This document shows positions 28,864 through 43,200 of a DNA stretch of 64,000 bases, piece by piece. The stretch's first letter is position 1; every line of letters starts with the position of its first letter. The notes below the pieces were generated by a model. That model ran no database searches and was not told the DNA's origin. It saw nothing but the letters and a program-made list of their open reading frames with translations. The stretch comes from Monocercomonoides exilis PA203 (taxonomy: Eukaryota; Protista; Preaxostyla), in contig LSRY02000049.1 of the NCBI GenBank assembly GCA_001643675.2, forward strand, positions 62,001-126,000, in the 5' to 3' direction. The position numbers were made by a program, and so were the translations under genes.

Positions 28864-31800
28864 TTACAGCGGTCTGAATTTGACCACAACAGGAGGTGCC
28901 TGAACTTCTTTTTCTGGGTTGTTGAGCTCAGTGCATGTCATCACGAGTGTAATGTCAGTTGTTCCTGCAGGAAGATCAGTTCCCATCACTTCTTTAACAA
29001 TTTGAGAGCACTTCTTCGACAGCTTCACTTTCTTCTGTTCGTTTGAAATCATGCCCATGTACAGAATTCCGGTTCCATAGCAGACCATGTCCACTCCCCA
29101 GCTCTTTTCTACTTCGATTCTCTTCAGAATTTCGCCTAATGTTGGCTCTTCTCCGAAGTCAAGTGTGATCTTGTCCCAAATTGTGAATGGAGAATCTTCG
29201 TCCAATTTTGCTGGAGGCATGGGCTCAGAGTATGTGAAGATGTTGATTGCAAGATTGACAAACCAGTTTCTGTACTTCTCGATGTTCTTCTCATGTCTCG
29301 AGAGAGTAAGAAGATCGAAGCAGGTGAGGCCTGAAATCAGAGAAGTGGTTGTTGCAATGGCTGGAATGATCTTTCCTGAAATCTGCTTAATTCTCGAGCG
29401 GTCGGCTGTTGGGATGCCATAGTTAATAGCTCTGAGGTTGGCTCCAGTCGAGATAAAGTCGATGTGATGGTTCGAGTCGTCGTCCTTCTCAAAGTCGATG
29501 CCGCTCACTTTGAGTGTCTTGAGCTCATCGCCTGTTGGAAGCCCAGACGCAAAGCGCTGGAAGGTTTCCTCTTCGTTTTCTCTTTCTCTTTCCAGCTCCT
29601 TCTCCATCTGCTCTTCGCTGGTTTCCTCGGCTGCTGGCGGAGGTGCTGAAGAAGATGTTGCTTCGTCGTCTTTCTTCTGGCCATCTCCTGTTCCCATGTC
29701 AATCGATATTCCCTGGCGAGGCACAAATGGCGGTGGGACAACACCTCCAGCAACCTCTGCCACTGTCTTCATATCCATTTCTCCAGCTTTTGATGCGCCT
29801 TCAACTTCAATGCCGAAGTTCTGTGCTCTGATGAATGCGGCTGCAGCAACAAACTCAATGTGCATCTGGTTTGTTTTGTCAAATACCAGCGGAGTGGGCA
29901 TTCTCTTCTTTCCAGACCAGAAGAGCTCTCCTCCTGTTGTGGTGGCGTCAGCAGGGAAGTTGTAAAGCAGCTGCTTGATCTGGTTGGTGAAAATCTGCTC
30001 AAACAGCATTCTGCCCCAGACAATGCAATCTTTCCAGCATTTCGGTCTCTCAACGGTGAGATTTTTGTTCAGGTTCTCAATGTTTGTGAGGCGGTTTGCG
30101 GGGTTGAGCTTCAGTCTCTGCAGATACGCTGTTGGATCACGCACATACGACGCAGCATCGGCTGGCTGTTCTGTGAAGAGCTCCACAAACAGGCCGCGGG
30201 TGTACTCGATTGTGTGCTCAATCAAATATGGCAAATTCTTCACTGTGCACATGGCAATGTCCTTCTCTGGGGGATCGGGGGTTGCGCCGTAGTTTTCGGT
30301 CAGATAAGGCACAACTGTTTGTGTGTTACCTTTTGTTCCCAAAGTACCGCATTCAAGAAGCGACTTGCGATAGTTCACACACTGTCCATCAACGTACAGT
30401 CTTGATGGCACATTATCCAAAGCATTTGCCACTCCATCAAGAGACTCCCAGAATTCTGAGTTGAATGTTGTTTCAGTGTCTGGGCCGACTTTTGTGGTAA
30501 GAGAGCGGATGTTGATGGCAGGATTGATGGTCTTCACAGCCTTCGCAGCACGTTCAGACTTCGGATGGCCAATGTCTTCAGTGCGGAACAAGAACTGTCT
30601 GCTCAAGTTGGAAATTTCAATGTTGTCCATATCAGTTACTGTGATTAATCCTTTTTCTCCGCAAGCAACTCCCATCAGAGCGTAGTTTTTCAGTGCTTCG
30701 CATCCAATTGCACCTGCTCCGACGAGGAAATATTTCAAATCTCCAAGCTTCTTTTGCATTTCGTTACCAAATATGGCAATCTGTCCATCGTATCTGCATC
30801 CTCTTGGTGCTGCTTCTGCTTCAGAAGGAAGGTGCTCGAGGTCCAAGCACTGGGAATTATCGAGATACAGCCACTGTGTGAGAGGCATCAATTTGTTTGT
30901 CACTGCTTTTACCACTTCCTGTCCGACAATTCCTCCGACAGCAGACGAAACAGGCGCGCAATTTCCAGCGCAGATGCGTCCGAATATTGTGGCAATTTCT
31001 TTGTCGAACGGAACTTTCTTCGAAGCCTCCTGTTCTTCTTCTTTTCCAAACAAGCCTTCGTGTACGTGTGCAGCCATCTGAACGAACAGCTCTGCTTCCT
31101 TCTCGTTGTGAGGAATTGGGGCTCTTCCTCCGTTCTTCTGTCTGAACTCATCCAAAGCCAAAAAGCAGGAATGGATTGTTTCACTTCGCTTATCGTGCAT
31201 CATATCTCCGTTATAGACGATTTCTGGTTTCTTTTGCTGCTGCTCGTAAGATTCATGTTTAACTTTAACTGGCATCTTAACTTCAGTTGCATAACCATTT
31301 TTAACATATTCTCCGAATTTTGTTGTATCGATTTCAACCTTGAACCTTGTTTTCGAAATAAATTGTACTTTTGCTGGTGGAAGATTGTTGATTTCCGTCA
31401 TCCCTTCTACAAGAGAAAACTGAATGTAATCATCATTCGAAAAATCATGAGTTTCTCCATCAACTACAGATACGACGGCTGGATTGTTGTTTGAAATATC
31501 TTCGATTGCAACAATTTTAACTCTTTCTCCGGTTTGATCCGTCACAGAATGATCTGGGCCAACATCAATGAATATTCTAGAGAAAAGTCCAGCAATATCC
31601 GCAATCATGAACTTAACTCCGTGCTTTCTGCAAAGTGCGCTAATTCTTTGAATTTCAGACTCAATGGCATTGCAAAGCACGACAACTTTGTACTTAGAAA
31701 TTATTTCTTCGGTCAAAGGCTCTGTGATGGCTTTGACTTCGCTGTAAGGGTTGAGTTCGGAAAGTTTCTTCACGCATTGAACAGCTCTATTTTTACCGAC

Positions 31801-32179
31801 ATCTGCTTCAGTGAGGTAAAACTGACTTGAGAGATCCTCAATTTTTGTTGGAAGCGTGTCGTGTACCGAAACAACGTGAAGTCCAGATAAAATCACATTT
31901 TTTGCTATTCGAAAATGTTTAATGAACATAAAAGGAAATTTTCAAAAAAGCACATATTTGGAATACAAACCAATTTCAACACCAACTCCGTTCATCCCAG
32001 ATATAAGAACAGAGCTTGTTGCAATTTTCTTCATTGCTTCAATCCTTATTGAGGAAGCGAGAAAAACAAAAATTACAAAAAGGCATTTATAAAAACAATC
32101 ATAGAATATTAAAGCGATAAGCTTACCCATATGTATGTATTTGTCTATCATAACGATCAAGTTCCTCCTTGGTTGTCAT
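28864..32179 (-). CDS. UBA1: Ubiquitin-activating enzyme E1 (3 exons)
   Basis: MTTKEELDRYDRQIHTYG, GMNGVGVEIAKNVILSG, RYDGQIAIFG, VGAGAIGCE, SNLSRQFLFR, GTLGTKGNTQ, catalytic PPEKDIAMCTVKNLP, FEKDDDSNHHIDF, IIPAIATTT, C-terminal UFD. Confidence 0.98.
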
Positions 32180-32378
32180 TTCAAAATGTATCGAACAATG
32201 GGTTATTATTTAATATTTATTGTGGGCAGTTGATGTTTGGTGTTTATGAAGATTTCAGAGATGAATTTATTCAAAGGTTTATTATCGTTTTATAATAAAA
32301 GAAAGAAACAAAAAATGATTTGATGATTTTTTACCATAGAAAAAATATGAATACATTCTTAGATTTTCAATAAAGGAA
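32180..32378. promoter_or_regulatory. Putative compact bidirectional promoter (UBA1 / TTLL1)
   Basis: Head-to-head ATGs at 32179 (-) and 32379 (+). Confidence 0.55.
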
Positions 32379-34692
<2,314 letters not shown>

Positions 34693-35513
34693 AGCTTGTT
34701 AGAGATTAGGAATTGCGAACTCTAAGAATATATTATATCTATGACAATGAACATTACATCTGACTTTCTATATCATGTGCAATTGTCTATTGGAAATATA
34801 ATACAACAAATACTTTCTGGTGAAAAAACTGTCACATTGGATTAAGCGTTTATCATAGTTTTTGAAATTAAGGAGAATATTTGATTACAGCAAATGGAAA
34901 GCTAAAAAAATTGATTTGCATCTTACAGCTGCATATTTTTGTTATTTGGGGCAATATTCTTGCATTTATGAAAAAAGTTACGATTTGTTCCAAACTTTTT
35001 CTGCCATCATATCATCATAAGTCTTTCATTCTCATGCGGAAAAGAAGAAGAAGAAGAAGAAGAGAAGAAAACATAAAATCGTTAATGTTTTGATGTATTT
35101 TATATGAATATATTTAATGACATGCCCATGGTTCATTTGCGTTTTTTAAATCATCAATATATATTTTGAAATCATCAGTGTTCATTGATTAACGAATTTT
35201 CTGAGTATTTTTCAAACTGGAGAATTCATATAAGAGATAATTAATGATGAGTATTTTCTTATTATCAAATAATGACGTTTGATACAATAATTTATATTCA
35301 AAAAAATTTAGCTTTTTTTGAAAATTTTGAGAGTTTTGCATTGCATTTTAACCAATATAGTGACAGAAAGGAATTCTTTCTTTTCACATGCACTTCAACA
35401 TAAGTATTTCCCCCTTCATTTGTGCTTTTCAAAATTCAAGAAATGACACAAAGAAATTACAACCATAATCGTGTAATTGTGATTGCCAGAAAAAAAGAAT
35501 AAGCTTATCTTTG

Positions 35514-38500
35514 ATGGGCCAATGCATTCAGAAAGGTGATTGATTGCTATAAATTTATTTTTTATTGAAGATTATATTGGAATTGCGAATGTTTCATAAA
35601 AAGTTTCTTCCATAAATGTTCAGAGAGATATTACTTTTTTATCTGCAAATTCAGATGCAGTCATTGTTAAGAATAACGTTGTTGAATCCACACAAAACAT
35701 TGGAAATTCCATTCTTATTAATAGGGTTTTTGATTCTGGAATCTGGCGTTGCGACGTAAAGTATCATTCATCTCCATTTGGACGCAGTATGAATAATTAT
35801 CGAAATTCTAAATTATCACAAAAATTAATTTGACGAAACAATAATTTTTAACAATAATAGAAGTGGGCATTGTAGATGCTTCATTTTCAATTCCTCCGAA
35901 TTATGAAATTGGTCAAGATGACAGTATTTTGCATTTTTTGATTCATTTTTTGACAATGAAGCTTTTTACATTAATTAGAAAGTGCTGCTTTTCTATCAGT
36001 CTTGTATGTAATATTTTTATTATGACTTATATTCAGCTTTATTATTTATTTATTTTTTTTAAAATTTAAAGCGGACCTGTTCAATATAATGGAAAAGCTA
36101 TTGTTGGAAACTCTTCTTGGGATAACGAAGATATTGTGAGCATTGTATTGAATCTAAACAGAAAGCCAAATTTTTGCCATTTTTTTGTAAACGGTATTCC
36201 GCAACCTTGCTTCGTTGTGAATATTCCACAAAAAGTGAGAATAGGAGTATGTCTATTAAACAATAAATAAATAAAGTTTTTTTTTTTCTGATTTCTGATT
36301 TTTGATTTTTGATGAACTGTGATATCTTAGTTTCATTTGACAGAGCCAGGAGGAAGAATAGAGGTTGTTGCATTGACTTTACTTCGGAGATGGCCCGTGT
36401 CTTTGAAGCAGAATGATCCTCATCTCGCTTGGATTGCACAAAGGTCAGTTTTTGATTTGTGATTGAACTGAAAAAAATTAATATTCATTTTTTGTTTTGC
36501 TCGTGATTCTTATCAATTGCTATTGTTCTGCCAATATTTGCATTCTGTTGGCAAAGATCCAGCTTGGCAATGAGAACGAATCAAAAACTGAAAGAAAAAG
36601 AGATGTCCGATGAAGACGAGCAGCTTTACCATAACAGTGACAATGCCGTTTCAGTTGACGAGACAAACAAGAGCAGATCTCTTGCCTCGAGTGCAGAAGA
36701 CAGCAAAAGTGAGATTGGCGAAGAATCCAAAAGTCTTCTAGAAGCATGCGACAACAGCAGCGAGAATGAATTGTCTAACTCGTCAAAAATGATAGATGAT
36801 GCGTCGCTGAGCCAAGAAGGAACTGAAAACGGGGCGTTGCTCTCTTTGTCGCCTCTGGAGCGCCTGAGAAAGAGAAAGAGGGAGAGTGATGGAAGTTCGG
36901 CGCTTAGCAGAAGCGGGTGGAGGGTGGCAGACAACGATGATGAAGAAGAAATGAAAATCCAGTCGCTTGAAGAAGAAAAACGAAAAATGAAGGAAAAGCA
37001 AGAGATGGAAGAGAAGGAAAGAGAAAGAAAACTGGAGGAGGCAGAGATTACATATCGATCTGTCGCCTACAGAACGGATTCTTCACCGAGCCTAAAGACA
37101 ATAGAGCCCTTGAGCCTGCTGATTGATTCTTCATCATCTTCCCCCATTGAAAGTGACATCTCTTCACTACCTGTAAGCCTATCTTCCTCTTCTTCTCCGG
37201 TCGCATCTCCTTCTTCTTCGTCATCATCTGGTTCAACTTCTGTCCCTTCTCCCACAATTTCACCTTCGAACGACGAATCATTGCTTCTGCCCAAAAAAAG
37301 TGGTTTGTGAAAGAAAAAACTTTCGTAATGTATTTGCAATGAATGGCAAATTCGTATTTATAATTTGACTCAACCGAGGAAATTATTATTATTGTAAAAA
37401 TTTTTTATCTTTCTGTTTTGAAAATGATGCCGATGATTTTTACTAATGGCCAATTATTTCTTTTTGATACTTCTTCTTTTTCTTCTTTTTCAGAAACTTT
37501 TTCTGTTCTGGAAGATGTTCACTCGATCAGCGTCACGTCAAATGTTGATCCATCCTATTTTGTGGTTAGAAATGAAAATCCAAGCGATCCATTTTCTTCC
37601 ACTTGTTTTGTGTTTTCACCTCGCACGGCATCTGCTTCTTCTGCATCACCATCTTTCGCTTCAACTTCATCATCATCACAACCATACAGCTCATCTTCTG
37701 CTTCTTCAACATCAATGCCAAATCCACATTCACCCAATTCAGCTATTCCACAGAGCACTTCAGACACTTCATCCCTTCCATCTCTTCTGAGCATCACTTT
37801 GTCTCCGACGTGCCCCTCCCATGCCACTTTTGTCCTGTCGCCCTTTTTGACTCATTCTGTCTGGATTGCCGCTTTCTCTTTTCACAACACAAGCAAAAAC
37901 GCAAGTTTGTATCAACACACTGAGGAAGAGAGATAGCATATTGTTTTCATTGCGTTTTATTATTATTATTTTTAACAACAAATATTGTTGTGATCAATCA
38001 TGTAAATCATATGATAATTGATATCTTTATAGGAGTTGGAATTGCTGATGAAAGTGAACGGAAAGCTGCTTCTTTTCCAGGCGATGATGTTCATTCAGCT
38101 GCATATAGATCTGATACGTATGTTATATCATTTTGTGAGTGTCAGCTTTTTATTCTATGAAAATAATTTTTTATTAATTCCATTTATGATTTAAATGAAA
38201 ATGATATCATTGTCAATTATTGCTAACAGAGGTTCGCTTGTCCACAACAAGAAATTCAAGGAAGGAAACAGCAAATGGGCTGATGGCTCATTGGTAGTTG
38301 TGCAAGTGGATTTGGATTCTTCACCAAAGACTTGCCACTTTTTCTGTGACGGAATTCAGCAACCAATTTCTTTGAAAGAAATACCAGTTCCAATAAGATT
38401 TGTGGTATGTTTTGAAAAAAAAGAAAAGAAAACAAAAAAGTTTATTTTATGATTTATTTGAGATTATGATAGTTTTCTTTTCGTATTTTTGAGAAATTGC

Positions 38501-38705
38501 TTTGAGAAAAAAGTTTTTCAAGAATAAAGCATATTTTTTCTTTTAAATAATTTTTGTATTTTTTAACAATTAATCGATATTTTATAAGGTTTCACTTCCT
38601 CCGAATGCCTCTGTTACAATTCATGCGATTCAGCGTTTATCTGCATCAGCTTCTGTCTCTCTTCCAAACTCTCGTGTTTTGTCTTTTGTTAACAAAAGAA
38701 CATGA
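35514..38705 (+). CDS. Protein with N-terminal MGQC acylation motif and two SPRY/B30.2-like domains separated by a charged Ser-rich linker
   Basis: First exon MGQCIQK. Domain 1: SGIWRCDVK..VGIVD..GNSSWDNEDIVSIVLNLNRKPNFCHFFVNGIPQP..IPQKVRIG. Domain 2: GIADE..GNSKWADGSLVVVQVDLDSSPKTCHFFCDGIQQP..IPVPIRFV. Last exon ends at TGA 38703-38705. Confidence 0.7.
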
Positions 38706-40285
38706 ACAGGGATAAAAATATGAAGACATTAGATTTTATATTATTCAGCTGGTGCTCATATTTTTTGGAATTGTAGAAACAGTTGGTGAAATAGTGTTGT
38801 TTCACAATTTTTTTTTCACTTTTTGGTTCTTCAAACATTGTCGGACTATGTTTCTGTTTATTGTTTTGCGATAGTGCTGAAAAAGCCATTGAAATTACAT
38901 CTTTTTCGTTCGATTTTTATATTTTTTAAAGGAATAGAGGCTAAATTCCATTGCTATTACACTATTTGTATTGTTGTTGGAATTTGCATTTGATTTACTG
39001 TTGATGGACGTATTATTCTTATTCGGTTGGATTGTTCAGAAAAGAAAAAAAAAAATTATTTTCTTCATGTTATTAAAGTTTGAGATTTCTTGATTGTTCT
39101 ATTGTCGATATTTCGATAAGCTTTTTCTGTTAAGTTGTATTCCACTTTCAAGAATCCATTCAATTCTTTTACAAAATTTGAATGGTTGATGTTTTAAAAG
39201 CGTTCCTTCTCATCTTTCCTGATTGAGGCTCTCGCACTATTTTTGAAGCTGATGATTCTATTATTTTGAATCATCTTTCCATTTCGTTTATTTACATCTA
39301 ATTCTTTTGCATATTTTCCTTTCTTTTGTCTGTAGAAAGCTTGAGATAACACAAAGCAAAAAATGCAGCATCAAAAAAATGCTATTTCTTTGTTCTAGTT
39401 GAAATAACTGTATTTATTGATTATATTTATCTGAGAAAATTAATTCAAAAACAATTAAATATTTCTTGTATGTTACAAATTGGTGAAATGCTCAAAACTG
39501 AAACGCGAAGTTGAAAAGAAATCAAAAAATTATTTGGAGGGAAAACGTTGCTTCCAACCGTTCGAGTAAAAAACGATTTGTGGTTTTTACTGTTGTAATT
39601 CGTTTTTTGAACATGCATTAATTCATCACATACTTAAATAAACATTATTAATACCAGAATAACAAAAACCATGATAATTTTTGCTTCATTCTTTTTGATA
39701 ATTTTGTTTAAAAATCAAAAGAAATTAGCAAATAAATAATGTTGACAATTGAAGGGCAAATGTTGTTTATTTGAAGAATAACCCATCTGATAATGTTAGT
39801 GATTCAACTTGTAAATAGATGAAATAAAATATTTTGATTTTGTGAAATTAACAGCATTCGTTTTCAATAACTTTATGCCAAAAAATTATAAAAAATTAAC
39901 ACAAACTCGTTGTTAACTCATTAAAAAAAACATGTACGAAACATAAAAATGGCAGAATTTCACAAATGAAAGACAATAAATGAATATTATACACACAAAT
40001 ACAACAATTCACAAAAAGTATAAAGAGATGAGTTTAAGGACAATCAAATATATACAAATTAAGAACAATCCAAAAATCCAATATGTGTTTAATTCCACAA
40101 TTCTGAGCTATAAACAAATATCTGATGAAATGGAGCCCAACAAAACTTATATAATTAAGACAAATCATATCATATTGCACATCAAGCCCAATGAGCATAT
40201 AAATAACACAAAAATGAATCGTTCATTGTTGTTTCAATGCAAATAATGGATAATAGATATCCTCGCTACAATGCGAAAATAATTA

Positions 40286-43200
40286 CTAACAAAATAATAA
40301 ACTTGACAGCAAAGCCGCAGCAGTGAAACCGAAAATCAAATAAATCGAAAGTTTTATGAATAAAATAAAATACGAATTTATAATTGATAAAATGGAATTT
40401 TTCTTTTTCGCTTCGACAGAATTTGTTGAATGAGCAAAACTGTTTAATTTTTGTTCAGAAGCATCAGATAAATATGCTGCATTTTCACTTTTATCTCGCT
40501 TAAAGTTGTTTGCTTGTTCTGATTTATGAGGTGTTTTCATCTGACGGTCTGTAAAACGTTCCTCGGGTTCGAATTCAATAGATTTTGCTCTGTTTGCAGA
40601 TTCCTTACCATTTGCCAAAGAAAAAGGTGATCTATCAGAAAGCTTCTTATCTGTATCGATATTTTCTATGCTTTTATCTTTACTATTTTTCGCATCTTCC
40701 TTTGGAATATTTTGATTTCCTATAAAATTAGTTGATTTTGTCTCCTCACTCTTCAAGAAAGCATCCGCTTGTGAGTCATTTTCTTGTGTCTTTTGCGATT
40801 TCGATTCATCTTTTTCCTCTAATGGGACAATCACATTGATTTCACTTCCAATTTCTTCTTCACTGTATTCAATTTCGTTTCTTTGGCTTTTTCTCTCTTT
40901 TGAATAGAGTTTCATTTCGTTCCTTTTGAAATCTATATCATCATGTGATTTTGAATCTTCTGTTGAAGCATCCACTTCTCCACCAAATAAATGATTCTTC
41001 TGATTATTTGCCGATGAAACTGTCTGTTGACCATTTCCCTGAACTCTTTCATCACGATCTCCATAAACGCCATCTCGCATTGAATTATCAGCTTCCACCT
41101 TCTTCTTTTGCTTGCTTCCATCTACTTCTTTACGTGAAATAGCATCTCTATTTAGCTTTTTCTCTTTACTACCATTGCCAGACAATTTCTGTTCTGTGCC
41201 TCTTTTGCTGGTTGCATGCACATCCATCTTTGCATATCTACGTGGGGCAACTTCTTCATAATAGAAGTAATCATCTGTTTCTGAATCATCATACAATTCA
41301 TCTTCCTCCTCATCCTCTTCCTCCATTTCATCAATATTCAATATATATGGCCGTCTGTCATAGTAATCAGCAGCATAATCATCTTCTTCCAGTTCTCTTC
41401 TAAGCTTGCCCTTTGGAATCCTCTCATAATAATCATACTCATCTTCATACACAACCCTTCTTCTTGGATGATGTCTTCTGTCTGTGTAATAGAAGTCCTC
41501 TTTATATGGATCCCTTTCCTCGTTCCTGTATTGGCTGTGCTCGAAATAAGATGGATGAGCATATTCTGTTTGTCTTCGTCTGTTCTGATTGGATGAAATA
41601 GGATGGCTTCTTTGACTTCTTTGACTTCTCTCTTCTTTTCTTCTTCTCGTCTCACTCATCTCTTTCCTCTCTAAACGAATCCTATACAGTTCTTTCTCCC
41701 TTTCCCTTTCCCAATCCCTATCTCTTTCCCTGTCTCTATCTCTATCTCTTTCTCTTTCTCTTTCTCTTTCTCTTCTTCTCGCTCTTCCTATTCCTTGCTC
41801 CCTTCCACTCTCTTCCGCCGGTCTAATGTCTATCTGAGACAGAAACTCCATCTGCTTCCGCTCAATCTCCGCCAACGACATTCTCAGTGAAGAAAACGAA
41901 GAGAACAGGAAAAACAGGCTGACAAGGAGAACTGCACAGAACAAGAAGAAAAGAGTCAAAGGAGATTTCAGCGAGGCAAAAGAAGGAAGAGAAATGAGTG
42001 AATGGAAAGAAGGAAGAGGAAGCTTCTTCACAGTCTGGATGAGGGAGGAGAAGGAAAAAGGAGATGTGGAATCAGATGGGATCGAAGGGATGGATGGAAT
42101 TGACAGCAAAGAGGAAGAAGTGGAAGAAGAAGAAGAAGAAGAAGAGGAAGAGGAAGAGGAAGAGGAAGAGGAAGAGGAAGAAGAAGAAGGGATTGGATGT
42201 AATGTCATTTGATCAGCTGGAAGCATAGATGCATTAGCTCCACATACTGTTGATAAATCAGAAGAAGAAGAAGATGATGATGATGAGGAGGAGGAGGAGG
42301 ATGATGATGTTATTGAAGATAAAGAAGATGATTGAGGTGCAATAGAATTGCATGGGAGGATGAGTGAAGGTGTTGTGCGTAATGTTCCAGTCACTGCATC
42401 AAAGACAGAAGATGACGGCTGTTGTGTCTGATTGTTCTGTGGCTGTGATCCATTGAGAACTGAAGTTGCATCATTTGGCATTGATGAAGTAGATGAAGCA
42501 GAGGCAGAAGCAGAAGAAGGAAGAATTCTGCTTTCTTCACTCAAAGTGTTTTGTGGCTGTTGTTCTGAGCACAACTGCTGCTCACTCGGTGGTTGAGGCA
42601 TTGCTAACAGCGGTGCTTCCTTTGCTGCAGCCACCATTGTATTCAGCAGATTTGTCATTGAATCTTTCACTTTTGTTGTCGACAGCTTGACAACCACTCC
42701 TTTCATCATAAAGTTCTTCACAATGACAATCTCATACGAACACTCCACTCTCACTGCCTTCTGCTGCATTTGTCCTGAAACATTATAATTATTCGTATTA
42801 TTCACAGAATTCATATTCAATCCAGCTGTTCCGCTATTGCCTTGTCCATTCGAATCGATCTCTTCCACTCTGAATCTTGCTCTGTTGTAGAAATTAGCAG
42901 CAAACGGCACATCGAGTGTTCTCACTTCAACATCACAGACAAAACAGGAAGGCGACGAAACATGCAAAATATGCTTCTCTTCCACACGCGACTCCTTTGG
43001 GCCCATAGAGACATTAGGGTGGATGCTGTAGCGAAGAAGACGGGTGAAGCAGTGGGGAAGAGAAGAAGAAGATGACGAGGAGGAAGAGGAAGAGGAAGAG
43101 GAAAAGGAAGAGGAAACGCTATCTAACTGTGGTTCTTCAGGCCTCCACATCCAATCTGCTTGAGAATTAGAGTGAAGCGAAGCAATAGCATTGTGACACA

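Noticed and set aside
39050-39340. Lys/Asn-rich minus-strand frame with stops, possible decayed gene
   Set aside because: Too short and compositionally biased to support
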